Positions 1 to 8,587 of a stretch of 57,537 nucleotides of DNA are shown here, piece by piece. The position numbers were made by a program, and so were the translations under genes. This DNA is from a virus. The stretch is from the IMG/VR virus record IMGVR_UViG_3300031539_000033. One strand, written 5' to 3'. The notes under the pieces were generated by a model. It ran no database searches, was not told the DNA's origin, and saw only the letters and a list, made by a program, of their open reading frames with translations. How positions within the stretch are numbered: position 1 is the first letter of the stretch; each line of letters begins with the position of its first letter.

Positions 1-127
1 ATTCCGCACTATGGTCGAGGAAGCCACCGCCCAACCCATAAGCGGCCTTGCCTGGTTCCCTGACCGGGACTACTGGTGGGTCAAGAACTACATCGGCTAC
101 CGCTCCGACAGCCCCAACAAGCTCGTC
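1..127. repeat. Terminal direct repeat (assembly overlap of a circle), copy 1
   Basis: attccgcactatggtcgagg...caacaagctcgtc is identical to 57411-57537. Confidence 0.97.
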
Positions 128-673
128 GCCTCAGCGAAAGACCTCCTCCGTAAGCCCCCCGAACTCGCCTCCCTGGTGATAGGCTACAACCTCAGCAGGG
201 GCGTGGACCTCACGGAAGTTGAAATCATAGCTTCAGCCTGTCGCGCCAACGGTTTTCCCGTGTCCGAGGAAACCCTTCGCGAAGGGTTCGCGATAGCTAC
301 GGAAACCTATATCAAACCGTCGGGGGTCTCCGTATCCGTACCCGTAGCCGTAACCGAACCCGAAAATACGGGCGTCGCGAAGGCTCCGCCCGGTTGGATG
401 GAATGCCTTCAGGCGTACGCGGACGGATACCGTTCCCTCACCGATGAGAAGGTGGCAATCGGGATAGTTGACACGGCTAGACTCAAGGCGACACTCAAGG
501 AGCACGCAAAAGAGGGCGAGGATGGTTGGCAGAAAGTGCGGGCAGTCATTGCCTACGCGGTGTCGGGCAAGGATGATGCCTGGGGCGAGAGCGTCCCCCT
601 GCTGCAGACCATCGTCAGTCACTATCACCTGAATCGTATCAAGACGCTACTGGCGAGGAGGGCGAAGCGATGA
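2..673 (+). CDS. C-terminal part of the junction-spanning ORF (starts at 57202; 293 aa when joined), hypothetical early protein
   Basis: Same frame as the ATG at 57202 through the 127-nt overlap; stop at 671-673. No motif I recognise. Confidence 0.7.
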   Translation, partial: FRTMVEEATAQPISGLAWFPDRDYWWVKNYIGYRSDSPNKLVASAKDLLRKPPELASLVIGYNLSRGVDLTEVEIIASACRANGFPVSEETLREGFAIATETYIKPSGVSVSVPVAVTEPENTGVAKAPPGWMECLQAYADGYRSLTDEKVAIGIVDTARLKATLKEHAKEGEDGWQKVRAVIAYAVSGKDDAWGESVPLLQTIVSHYHLNRIKTLLARRAKR

Positions 674-951
674 GCGGCAAGCGTCCTTGGTGGGTAGAGT
701 CGCCTGAACCTGAACGGACCGAACAGCACCGCGCCCCCTCCTTCCCCCCGTGCGTTCACTGCGGACGACGGCACAACTGGCGGGAGTGCTACGCGAGGAT
801 ACAGCGAGAGCGGCGCGAGAAGCGAACGCCTGCCCCTCAGCGCGGCGGCGAACCGGAGTCGATCATTGATGTGTTGTTGCGGACTCCAGGGCTATCGGAC
901 GATCTGAAGCAGGAGATTGCGGCGAAGCGAAAGGCGAGGAAGGAGTCGTGA
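670..951 (+). CDS. Hypothetical protein, zinc-knuckle-like
   Basis: 93 aa. ATGA start/stop overlap with the upstream ORF. CVHCGRRHNWREC (CX2CX3HX4C); basic C-terminus. Confidence 0.65.
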   Translation: MSGKRPWWVESPEPERTEQHRAPSFPPCVHCGRRHNWRECYARIQRERREKRTPAPQRGGEPESIIDVLLRTPGLSDDLKQEIAAKRKARKES

Positions 952-1259
952 TGGCTGAATTCAAGTTGCGACCGGAAGTAGCGATGTTTGCGGCGTTGAT
1001 GGAGGCGAGGCTGCGGGAAAAGGACCCGCTCGTTGCCGACCCCGACAACGAGGAGTGGATACACTGGCGCGAGTGTGATTGGCAGTTCCTCTTGGACCAA
1101 TTGCAGTGGAAGGTTGGACTGATAGATCACCATGCGGAAGGAGACGAAAGCGAGAAGGCTGACCTCCTAAAGTCGTGCGTAGACGCGGCTAACTTCGCCA
1201 TGATGATGGCAGACCATCGGGGCGTTCTCATGCGAAAGGAGGAGAAGGCGAGTGGCTAA
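948..1259 (+). CDS. Hypothetical helical protein (possible MazG-like NTP pyrophosphohydrolase, tentative)
   Basis: 103 aa. GTGATG overlaps the upstream stop. Acidic helices ending CVDAANFAMMMADH resemble dNTP-pyrophosphohydrolase helices (recollection only). Confidence 0.5.
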   Translation: MMAEFKLRPEVAMFAALMEARLREKDPLVADPDNEEWIHWRECDWQFLLDQLQWKVGLIDHHAEGDESEKADLLKSCVDAANFAMMMADHRGVLMRKEEKASG

Positions 1260-1285
1260 GCAGACGGTGACGAAGGAGGAGAAAC

Positions 1286-1516
1286 ATGGGATGGCTGGAT
1301 AGCGTATCGGTCGGCGATTGGGTTGAGGTGGAGATTATTAACCCCCACGGGGACCGCAATCTCGATGGAGGCATTCTCAAGGGAACGGTAACGGAGATTG
1401 TGGGTTCCCCTCACTACATGGTGCGACTGGACACGGGATGGTGTGCCCACAGTAAGGATCGACTACTGGAACACCGGCCCCTCGTGCTGCTGCCGAAAGG
1501 GGCTAACCGTGGCTGA
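1286..1516 (+). CDS. Hypothetical protein
   Basis: 76 aa. Strong SD gaaggaggagaaac upstream of the ATG. Confidence 0.65.
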   Translation: MGWLDSVSVGDWVEVEIINPHGDRNLDGGILKGTVTEIVGSPHYMVRLDTGWCAHSKDRLLEHRPLVLLPKGANRG

Positions 1517-1517
1517 C

Positions 1518-1742
1518 ATGACCGTTGCGGAGGCGAAGCGGAGGCTGAAGGCGTGCGGGTGGCGACTGGGACGCATGAAGCGGCAAGAGATAGGAACGCT
1601 CACCGGATGGATGGATGGATGGATTGTAGACGCGTGGGACGCTGACGGGGCAAGTCCGCCCCAATATGCGAAAGGTCGCACCCGTTCCGACGCCCTCGCC
1701 GACCTCGTGGAGCGCATCGAAGCGATGGAGGAGAAGCGATGA
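1518..1742 (+). CDS. Hypothetical protein
   Basis: 74 aa (MTVAEAKRRL...). ATG lies 1 nt after the upstream stop. The tracked ORF 1398-1742 starts inside the previous gene. Confidence 0.6.
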   Translation: MTVAEAKRRLKACGWRLGRMKRQEIGTLTGWMDGWIVDAWDADGASPPQYAKGRTRSDALADLVERIEAMEEKR

Positions 1743-2077
1743 CTGAGCAGACGACTGTCGAGAAGCTGGAGGTGTTGGAGGACATTCTGCTGCGAGAGGT
1801 TGACGAGTTTGTGGCTACGGGTCCACCAGCGCGGACACCCGAGGGCCGGGAATCCCACCGGAGATTGATCGCGGCCAGACAGGCGAAAGCGTTCCTCCGT
1901 CACCTCGGCTGCGAGCGCGACGGCGAGGTGTTCGTGCCGGACGTGGCGAGGGCGCTCCGCATCCTGCACGAGATAGACGGGGGAGCGACCAAGACCTATG
2001 ACGTGATGTATGAACGTTTCATTCGAGAAGCAGTGAGGGAAATCCGGCGCGCCCTCACAGGAGGCGATGATGGCTAA
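1739..2077 (+). CDS. Hypothetical protein; N-terminal domain paralogous to the ORF at 2728
   Basis: 112 aa. ATGA overlap. Shares MTEQTT... and GC..GEVFVPD with 2728-3348, including two identical 21-nt strings. Confidence 0.7.
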   Translation: MTEQTTVEKLEVLEDILLREVDEFVATGPPARTPEGRESHRRLIAARQAKAFLRHLGCERDGEVFVPDVARALRILHEIDGGATKTYDVMYERFIREAVREIRRALTGGDDG

Positions 2078-2735
2078 GGAGGTCGTCACCTGTCGAGACT
2101 GTCCCTGCTGCGAGAACCTGCCCGGGGGTGCTATCGCTCTCTGTTGGCGGCCATACGATGGCCCGCAGGTAGTGGATGCGATGAGGACAGGCTTCTGTGG
2201 AAGCGAGTGGGTTGGCGATGATGGGGAAGCGCCAGGACACCTCGCGCCGCGGGAGTTGTGGCTAGCCGGTCACCAACACACCCGCGAGGAGTTGGCGCAG
2301 GTGCTAATGCTACTTAGGCTTGCGAGCGCGGGAGCGAAGGGAGGCGATGGAGGCGAAGCGATGAGCAAAGTCAAGCGCACCGAACGGGGTTGGGCGGCCC
2401 ACTTCATATGCGTTGGTCGCTGTGCCTTCCGCCGGAACACCCTGCTCCAGTGCGGGCGGAAGCGGATAGTTGTATCGACGGTCGGGGACATGAGGCTCAA
2501 GGATGATGGCGAGATAGAAGAGATCGGGCTGGAACGCTTCTACGAAACGATGGCGTTCCATGCGGTCTATGAGAAGCCCTACTGGGAGGCCAACATTGAG
2601 CGCGAGGTGAGTTTCGAGAGTCCGTGGTCGCTAGAGGGACCCATAACCCAGGAGTCTGACCTCGCCGCGAACGATATGCACGAGCGGGTTGTTCAGGAAA
2701 TCAGTCGGCAGATGGAGGTGAAGAGCGATGACTGA
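2067..2735 (+). CDS. Hypothetical protein, Cys-rich N-terminus
   Basis: 222 aa. CRDCPCCENL...CWRP. Overlaps the neighbouring genes by a few nt. Confidence 0.65.
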   Translation: MMAKEVVTCRDCPCCENLPGGAIALCWRPYDGPQVVDAMRTGFCGSEWVGDDGEAPGHLAPRELWLAGHQHTREELAQVLMLLRLASAGAKGGDGGEAMSKVKRTERGWAAHFICVGRCAFRRNTLLQCGRKRIVVSTVGDMRLKDDGEIEEIGLERFYETMAFHAVYEKPYWEANIEREVSFESPWSLEGPITQESDLAANDMHERVVQEISRQMEVKSDD

Positions 2736-3348
2736 GCAGACGACGGACAAGCAGGTGGAGGCGCTGGCGAGGCTAGCCCTAGATGCAATCAAGCCCATGT
2801 GTCAAGAACAGATGAGGCAGAATGGTCCAGACTCCTACCCCACGAATGAATTCACGCTGAACATGGCCTGCGTCCAGGTCGATGCCATTCTCCGCGCCCT
2901 CGGCTGCGCGGACGAGAAGGGCGAGGTGTTCGTGCCGGACATCCGGGCGGCGGTGGCGAGAGACATATCGGCCATCCAGCGCGCCCACACCGTATGGGTA
3001 AAGCATAACTTCCCACACATGACGAAGAACGAACTCATGCTCGCGCACGCCGGAGGGGTAGCCGAAGAATACTTTGAGTTAGGGCAGGCCATCGGACCCC
3101 TAGTGCGTGCCGGAATTAAGTGTGTGAATCAGATCAAGCCAGAGGATTGGAGCAGGGAACGGGTCAGTGATGCCCTCGCCGATATGCTCATCTTCGCCTG
3201 TCAGTTGGCGGAGTCGTTCGGGATTGACCTAGGCGAGGTTGTGGCCAGTACCGCGGCCGAAGTGCAACAGCGAGATTGGGTGAACCATCGCGAACAGACG
3301 TGGACAGAATCCAAGGAAGTCCTCACAGGAGGCTCCGATGAGCAATGA
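2728..3348 (+). CDS. MazG-like nucleotide pyrophosphohydrolase with a phage-specific N-terminal domain
   Basis: 206 aa. The C-terminal half (GGVAEEYFELGQA...SDALADMLIFACQLAESFGIDLGEV...QQRDW) fits the MazG EExxE / DxxxD helix pattern. Confidence 0.6.
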   Translation: MTEQTTDKQVEALARLALDAIKPMCQEQMRQNGPDSYPTNEFTLNMACVQVDAILRALGCADEKGEVFVPDIRAAVARDISAIQRAHTVWVKHNFPHMTKNELMLAHAGGVAEEYFELGQAIGPLVRAGIKCVNQIKPEDWSRERVSDALADMLIFACQLAESFGIDLGEVVASTAAEVQQRDWVNHREQTWTESKEVLTGGSDEQ

Positions 3349-3649
3349 CGAGATGGCGAAGGCGATCCAGCGGGCAACAGGGAGCTTGCCTTGGGATGAG
3401 TGCACAGGGGATGCCCGGATGTTCTTTCGTGAGATGGCCCGCGCCGTCCATTCCTTCCTCGGCGCGAAGAAGCCGCTCAAGAAGGGTGCGGTGGCGACGA
3501 TGGTGGCGGCTGGTAATCGGATGCGTCAGCACATGGAGAACGGACGCGACGATGACCATTTCGATTCATGCGATTGCTCCGAGTGCAAGCGAGTAGCGGC
3601 GGGTAAGGCATGGGATGCCGCCCTCCGTGCGGCTGGCGGGGAGGTGTGA
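3338..3649 (+). CDS. Hypothetical protein
   Basis: 103 aa. SD ggaggctccg upstream of the ATG. CDCSEC near the C-terminus. Confidence 0.6.
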   Translation: MSNDEMAKAIQRATGSLPWDECTGDARMFFREMARAVHSFLGAKKPLKKGAVATMVAAGNRMRQHMENGRDDDHFDSCDCSECKRVAAGKAWDAALRAAGGEV

Positions 3650-3652
3650 GCG

Positions 3653-3880
3653 ATGGCGCTCGTTATCTACGCTAAGCCGGGATCGCTGCCCGGTGCGATG
3701 ATGCGGTGCAAGTGGCTTCGCAAGCCGCCCGTTGTCGGACAGATGTTCTATGCGCGCAAGCATATCAATCCGCCTGTGAATACAAAGGGGTGGCATCATC
3801 CTAACTGTCATTCGCACCCCTGGCAAAGGTGGAGAGTATGGGAGATTCGTGGCGACATCTTCTTCTTGGAGAAACCGTGA
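3653..3880 (+). CDS. Hypothetical protein
   Basis: 75 aa. ATG 4 nt after the upstream stop. Confidence 0.5.
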   Translation: MALVIYAKPGSLPGAMMRCKWLRKPPVVGQMFYARKHINPPVNTKGWHHPNCHSHPWQRWRVWEIRGDIFFLEKP

Positions 3881-3898
3881 TGGCGAGGAGGTGATGGC

Positions 3899-4276
3899 GT
3901 GATCACCGTTGCCAACGTCCGAGACTTCCTTGTGCCGAACATGGCGAGCGGGGGTAAATGCACCGCATTCCCAGATGAAACATATGTGTGGGTTGGGCGG
4001 ATGCTGCCACGGTGGGGGTTGAGAGCGAGTCCGCTGAGGAACCCATTCCGGGTCGGGAAACCTCCGTGGAACGGGGCGTCATTCCTCCTGACTCAGGCAG
4101 ACGCAGTCAGTCTCTATCGGATGCACTTCCGGGATCGAGGAGCATCGGAAGAAGAGGAACTCGCCCGCCTGCGCGCTCTCCACGAGAAGCACGGCAAGCT
4201 CGTGCTCGTGTGCGCTTGCCACCCAAAACCCTGCCATGCGAGCGTCATTAAAGAAGTGCTGGAGGCTGGGGCATGA
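3899..4276 (+). CDS. DUF4326-like protein
   Basis: 125 aa. GTG start after gaggagg. PLRNPF...LVLVCACHPKPCHASVIKEVL matches my recollection of the DUF4326 C-terminal CxC..PCH motif. Confidence 0.5.
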   Translation: MITVANVRDFLVPNMASGGKCTAFPDETYVWVGRMLPRWGLRASPLRNPFRVGKPPWNGASFLLTQADAVSLYRMHFRDRGASEEEELARLRALHEKHGKLVLVCACHPKPCHASVIKEVLEAGA

Positions 4277-4785
4277 GCGGCAAAGAAAAAACCAGGGCAT
4301 GTAGCAAATGTGGAGAGCGATTCCCACATACGCGACAGTTCTTCGGTGTCAATCATGGTCGCATTGCCGCTCGCTGTAGAGTCTGCACGCGAACACAAAG
4401 GCGAGAGCGTGCACGTCAGCATCGAGAAGACAATCGCGACCGGGCGCGGGAACTCAAAAGGGGCCGGGATCGCCGGTATCGAGAAAAGAATCGGGCGACA
4501 TGGCGGGAGGCCAATCGGGTTGTGCAAGCACGGCGGAGGGCGCGCAAGAAGGGGGCTGGAGGGTACTTCAGCCAGGATGATATTCAGCGGATGTTGATTT
4601 CGCAAGGGCGGCGTTGCTGGTGGTGCGGAGATGGCATTAAGGGCGGTGCATTTCATATAGACCACCGCGTCCCCCTTGCCGGGGGAGGGGATAACGAACT
4701 GGCGAACATCGTCATCAGTTGTCCGCGGTGCAATCTTGTCAAGGGGGATAGATGTCCCCAGAGCTTTTGCGGGAGATTGCTATGA
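4273..4785 (+). CDS. HNH endonuclease
   Basis: 170 aa. CWWCG...HIDHRVPLAGGGDNELANIVISCPRCNLVKG (HNH with flanking CxxC pairs). ATGA overlap with the upstream gene. Confidence 0.85.
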   Translation: MSGKEKTRACSKCGERFPHTRQFFGVNHGRIAARCRVCTRTQRRERARQHREDNRDRARELKRGRDRRYREKNRATWREANRVVQARRRARKKGAGGYFSQDDIQRMLISQGRRCWWCGDGIKGGAFHIDHRVPLAGGGDNELANIVISCPRCNLVKGDRCPQSFCGRLL

Positions 4786-5000
4786 TGGCTGGCGGTCGGC
4801 GGTCGCGCTGGGGATCGCGGGAGCGCATGGGATATTCCATCATGCGGTATGCGTCCTCAGTCATGTGCTCATGCGGGAAAGTGGTGACACTGCGTACCGT
4901 GCGCCCCTTTTGGGAAACAGAGACGAAGGTTACTTGTCAATGCGGTCGGGAGCACAGAATGCGGATTGTGGTCCAATCGCGGAAAGGAAGGCGGCGGTGA
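4782..5000 (+). CDS. Small zinc-ribbon protein
   Basis: 72 aa. ATGATG overlaps the HNH stop. CSCG...CQCG. Its stop overlaps the RusA GTG (GTGA). Confidence 0.55.
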   Translation: MMAGGRRSRWGSRERMGYSIMRYASSVMCSCGKVVTLRTVRPFWETETKVTCQCGREHRMRIVVQSRKGRRR

Positions 5001-5407
5001 GATTCTTTGTGGCTGGCGAACCGAAGCCCCTAGCGCGGCCTCGTGCTACGCGCCGGGGACAGCACGCCGGCATCTACCAGGAGAAACCTCAGTGGTACGC
5101 ACTCGTCGCGCACGAAGCGGCGCTGGCCCGACAGGGTGCTGCCTTCTCGGGACCCGTGCGGGTGCGCCTCAGCTTCCTTATGCCGCGCCTGAAGAAGATG
5201 CCGAAGAGGGAGAAGCCACACGTCACCCGGCCCGATATAGACAACCTCTCGAAATTGATTCTGGATGCGGTGACACCCACGCTGATCGCGAACGATACTC
5301 AAGTCGTGGAGTTACACGCGCAGAAGCGATATGCCTTGGCGGATGAGCCGCCGGGGTGTGCGATAGAACTAGCGGCACAGGCCGCGGAGGAGAGTGATGC
5401 CCTGTAA
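4997..5407 (+). CDS. rusA: RusA-family Holliday junction resolvase
   Basis: 136 aa from the GTG. RPDIDNLSKLILDAV...ANDTQVVELHAQKRY is the RusA signature. The tracked ORF 4676-5407 extends upstream through other genes. Confidence 0.8.
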   Translation: MRFFVAGEPKPLARPRATRRGQHAGIYQEKPQWYALVAHEAALARQGAAFSGPVRVRLSFLMPRLKKMPKREKPHVTRPDIDNLSKLILDAVTPTLIANDTQVVELHAQKRYALADEPPGCAIELAAQAAEESDAL

Positions 5408-5594
5408 ATATGGCGCGTGCCAGTGTTGTCATGCGCCCGATAATGGAGCCTGTCCGACGTTTGAACTGGGAGGGAATGGACGCTGCGTCTACTGCGATCA
5501 CGCAAAGGAGTGTCATAGTCTACGGAAGCCTGGAGTATTCAATACGCCGCTTGGCGTAGGCAATGATGCGGCGAAGGCCGCGGAGGAGGCGTGA
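5394..5594 (+). CDS. Small Cys/His-rich protein
   Basis: 66 aa. CKYGACQCCH...CPTF...CVYCDHAKECH. Confidence 0.55.
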   Translation: MMPCKYGACQCCHAPDNGACPTFELGGNGRCVYCDHAKECHSLRKPGVFNTPLGVGNDAAKAAEEA

Positions 5595-5595
5595 G

Positions 5596-6900
5596 ATGGC
5601 GAGCGTGAGGATAGAGTCTGCGGGATTCCGCGGAGGAAGGCAGTTTGAGGCAGTTTGCTGCGACGGCATCATGGGGGCAGATAGTGTGCTTATGGCAGTA
5701 GGGGTCAATGTTGACGCTCCCGGCACCCTCACCTTCACCCCCGACGAGTGTCCCGATTGCGACACCCCCGACGCCGCGCCGGAGGGGGATGCGGTGGAGG
5801 CGCTGCTGGACCGCATAGATCAACGAGGTGGCGGATATCGTGACAGCGACCAGTGGTGGGCTGGGACCGACAGGTTAGTTGGCACCGCCCGCGCCCAGCA
5901 CGCCCGCCGGCAGGAGGAGTGTACTGAGTGCTGCCACGAGTGGGAGGTCGGTCTGGCAGAAGCCGCACGTACTCAGGCGGAAGCCGAGAGCGAGAACGCC
6001 CGCCTGCGGAAGGAGCGGGAGGGGGAGCGGGTCTTCGAACTAATGGATCAGGGAGGGGGGATTGACTCCGGGAAGCACTATTACCACGTTCACTCCGACG
6101 GCACATACATCGGGGTAGAGATCATAGTAGATGCTCCGCGATCCGACTGGGAGCCTTGGTCGGCCCGCCATATCGCCATCCGCCCCATCGAGCCGAAGGT
6201 GGAGGAGCAACCAACCCCCGACGCCGCGCCCGAGGGGGACGCGGTGGATGATGGTGGCTTGTTGGACATAGACTTGATGTCGCTGGCAGAGGAATACCTT
6301 GCCGGGTTGCGCCAGGACCAGAAAGCGGGGGCCGCGTGTCTGGTGCCCATTGAGGTCTGGAGCAAGGCCATCGCCGCCGCCCGCGCCCAGCACGCCCGCC
6401 GGCAGGAGGAGTGTACTGAGTGCTGCCACGAGTGGGAGGTCGGTCTGGCAGAAGCCGCGCGTGCTCAGGTGGAGGCGGAGAGCGAGAATGAGCGCCTGCG
6501 GAAGGAGCGGGAGGGGGAGCGGGTTGTGGGGGTCTGGCCTAAGTCTGAGGGGGAACTGGATACAGATTGGTATGTCATCCCCAAGGGGGGAGGGACTGGC
6601 GATTGCCGGCGATTGACTTCAGGGGAGGCGTATTGTTTCTTCGGGGATGACGTGATTACAGACCTGTCGCTGCCCGAACGATACTACGCCATCCGCCGCG
6701 TCGAGTCGGAGCCGAAGGCGAAGGCGAAGATACTGCGGATTCACCAATTGGCGGGGAGGCAGCGTATTGCCGAGGGGGACCTGTTCTACTGCGGGTGCGG
6801 GGAGTACCTTGGCAATGATGCGGGACGCAAGTCCAGTCCGACCTGTCCGAACTGCGAACGCGTCATTGACTGGGCTAGCATCGAGGGCGACGATGCCTGA
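5596..6900 (+). CDS. Hypothetical protein with an internal duplication and a C-terminal zinc ribbon
   Basis: 434 aa from the ATG after ggaggagg. The module TPDAAPEGDAV...AQHARRQEECTECCHEWEVGLAEAAR.Q.EAESEN.RLRKEREGERV occurs twice, 164 codons apart. CGCG...CPNC at the end. Confidence 0.75.
   Translation: MASVRIESAGFRGGRQFEAVCCDGIMGADSVLMAVGVNVDAPGTLTFTPDECPDCDTPDAAPEGDAVEALLDRIDQRGGGYRDSDQWWAGTDRLVGTARAQHARRQEECTECCHEWEVGLAEAARTQAEAESENARLRKEREGERVFELMDQGGGIDSGKHYYHVHSDGTYIGVEIIVDAPRSDWEPWSARHIAIRPIEPKVEEQPTPDAAPEGDAVDDGGLLDIDLMSLAEEYLAGLRQDQKAGAACLVPIEVWSKAIAAARAQHARRQEECTECCHEWEVGLAEAARAQVEAESENERLRKEREGERVVGVWPKSEGELDTDWYVIPKGGGTGDCRRLTSGEAYCFFGDDVITDLSLPERYYAIRRVESEPKAKAKILRIHQLAGRQRIAEGDLFYCGCGEYLGNDAGRKSSPTCPNCERVIDWASIEGDDA
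5885..6032 (+). repeat. Intragenic direct repeat, copy 1
   Basis: About 148 nt, near-identical to 6377-6524 (offset 492 nt, in frame). Confidence 0.9.
6377..6524 (+). repeat. Intragenic direct repeat, copy 2
   Basis: See 5885-6032; only a handful of mismatches. Confidence 0.9.
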
Positions 6901-7084
6901 ACAGCGCGTCTGCGGCGAGTGCGCGGCGTGGGAAGCGAAGTTCCGCATATCCTACCTCGGCTTCTGGGTGGGCCACTGTATACTTACGCCAGAACGGAGG
7001 AAGTCGCTCGTTCCGGTGATTCGGTCTGAGCGCGCCCCCGCCTGCGACGAGCACTTCAGGGAGAGGGAGAGCGATGGCGAGTAG
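6893..7084 (+). CDS. Hypothetical protein
   Basis: 63 aa (MPEQRVCGECAAWEAKF...). ATG overlaps the end of the upstream gene. Confidence 0.5.
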   Translation: MPEQRVCGECAAWEAKFRISYLGFWVGHCILTPERRKSLVPVIRSERAPACDEHFRERESDGE

Positions 7085-7259
7085 CCGATTGGATGAGATG
7101 GCGCTTGTCGTTCTGGTAGCCTTACAGGATGTATCTGCCGAGGAACCAGATGGGACGCGGCGCGTTGTATTGGCGTTGCTGTCCTACTTGACTGGCCGCG
7201 ACCTATCTGTTGCCGAGGCGGAAGGGATATGCCCCGGCGACTTGGCCTGGAGGGAGTGA
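7074..7259 (+). CDS. Hypothetical protein
   Basis: 61 aa. Purine-rich leader gggagagggagagcg upstream of the ATG. Confidence 0.5.
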   Translation: MASSRLDEMALVVLVALQDVSAEEPDGTRRVVLALLSYLTGRDLSVAEAEGICPGDLAWRE

Positions 7260-7262
7260 AGG

Positions 7263-7778
7263 ATGAGTGAATGTGACCGGACGACATGGGCAGGGGTTCC
7301 CAAACCAGCGCGTGCCGACTGGGAGGCGGCAGGTGGCGATGACGAAAGACAATCGCTGTTTCGGCGGGCACATGAGCGGGCCTCTAGATGGCGTAAGCGA
7401 TGGCAGCGAGCAAGTGCGCGTTGTGGGTGCTACCACCAGGAACGGAACAAGTACCGCCAGCGTGCGGACGCGGCCGAGCAGAGGGCGATGGAGGAGCGCG
7501 CCCGTGCCGAGGCCGCGGAGAAGCGGGTCGCGGAACTGGAGTCGGAGCGATCCATCCTCACCGACCGAGGCATAGCCGTATCGGAGAGGGTCTGTTCTTC
7601 ATGTGGTCGGCATATGTTGGCCTATGGCGGCGGTGACACGATCTGCCCTGAGTGCAATGCGCGCGGACGGGTCACGGACCTAGAGATGATACACGCCGCG
7701 GAGTCCCGCTGCGTGAACGCGGAGAAGGAGGCGGGAAAGGCCGACAATGCGCCAGAAGAAGCAGCGGGAGACATCTGA
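7263..7778 (+). CDS. Hypothetical coiled-coil protein with a zinc ribbon
   Basis: 171 aa. Charged heptad-like stretch AEQRAMEERARAEAAEKRVAELE, then CSSCG...CPECN. Confidence 0.65.
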   Translation: MSECDRTTWAGVPKPARADWEAAGGDDERQSLFRRAHERASRWRKRWQRASARCGCYHQERNKYRQRADAAEQRAMEERARAEAAEKRVAELESERSILTDRGIAVSERVCSSCGRHMLAYGGGDTICPECNARGRVTDLEMIHAAESRCVNAEKEAGKADNAPEEAAGDI

Positions 7779-7920
7779 GCAACGCCGCGAGCGTATCCGC
7801 CGGAATCATCCGGGGATGGAGGAACGCGCGGACTGGACGGAGATACTCGACTGGGCCTATAGGTGTCCGGAGATGATGCGCCTGGGGAGGCGGCCCCTCA
7901 AAGGGGTGCGGGTAGCCTGA
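7747..7920 (+). CDS. Possible 57-aa basic protein (below the track cutoff)
   Basis: Hand translation MRQKKQRETSEQRRERIRRNHPGMEERADWTEILDWAYRCPEMMRLGRRPLKGVRVA. G/C-rich third positions. Confidence 0.35.
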   Translation: MRQKKQRETSEQRRERIRRNHPGMEERADWTEILDWAYRCPEMMRLGRRPLKGVRVA

Positions 7921-8110
7921 GAGAAGACCCCGGCTCATCACCGGGGCCTTCCTGCTTCTTCTTCCTCGGGTGGCCCTTGGGCCAGCCCCCTTTTCGTCCT
8001 CGGCGCATCATCTCCTGGCTATATCCGTTCCCGTGTTTCTTCTTCTGCGCGGCGTGGGATTGTTTCACCAGGCGGCGGGCAGCGTCGGACAGATCGTCGG
8101 GTTTGGGCAT
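7898..8110 (-). CDS. Small basic protein with a KGG-like motif
   Basis: 70 aa from an internal ATG (MPKPDDLSDAARRL...). Purine-rich leader ggagaaagagaggagagaggagcgtcc upstream of the ATG. SQEMMRRGRKGG resembles the stress-protein KGG repeat. Confidence 0.5.
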   Translation of the reverse strand: MPKPDDLSDAARRLVKQSHAAQKKKHGNGYSQEMMRRGRKGGWPKGHPRKKKQEGPGDEPGSSLRLPAPL

Positions 8111-8160
8111 GGACGCTCCTCTCTCCTCTCTTTCTCCCGCGCCCCACCCCACCGGGGGGG

Positions 8161-8544
8161 TTAGAGACCTCCGTCTCTCTCCAGTCGGCGGTAGCAGTTG
8201 GGGCAGATGGTGGCGGCCCCGTTTACAAGCAGGTAGTACGTCGCCGGGAGCGGTTCTGCGTGACACTCCCCACACTCCCCTCGCTCCTCAGCGGGGAGCT
8301 GGGATTCTATCTTCTCCCACCGCTGATCTGCCATGGTGATCTTCATTGTGGCCTTGGCGGGCGTCAACTCGTCTTCTCTCCACCAGTCGGAGTGATCGTC
8401 GGGGAATCGCACCTCGATTTGCGGAGGGTAGGTCGCGCCGGGACTTGGGATTATCGCTACCACCCTGCCGGTATATCCGACCTCGTTCTCCGGGTCTCCA
8501 CATTTCGGCACTACAACATCGCCCACTCTCATTGTCGCTTCCAT
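8161..8544 (-). CDS. Hypothetical protein with a C-terminal zinc ribbon
   Basis: 127 aa; alternative start at 8532 with better SD spacing. CGEC...CPNC. Lies directly downstream of a consensus promoter. Confidence 0.65.
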   Translation of the reverse strand: MEATMRVGDVVVPKCGDPENEVGYTGRVVAIIPSPGATYPPQIEVRFPDDHSDWWREDELTPAKATMKITMADQRWEKIESQLPAEERGECGECHAEPLPATYYLLVNGAATICPNCYRRLERDGGL

Positions 8545-8587
8545 CTTCCTTCCCTTCGGGCCTTCGCCCTCGTCTAGCGTCTAACCT

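Noticed and set aside
7928-7946. ccccgg/ccgggg hairpin as a bidirectional terminator between convergent genes
   Set aside because: The stem is only 6-7 bp, and it falls inside the C-terminal codons of the minus-strand ORF 7898-8110. It is kept only as a possibility.
7863-8339. 158-aa plus-strand ORF across the leftward island
   Set aside because: It is antisense to two minus-strand ORFs that have proper leaders and a consensus promoter. Its sequence is Pro/Ser/Arg-rich.
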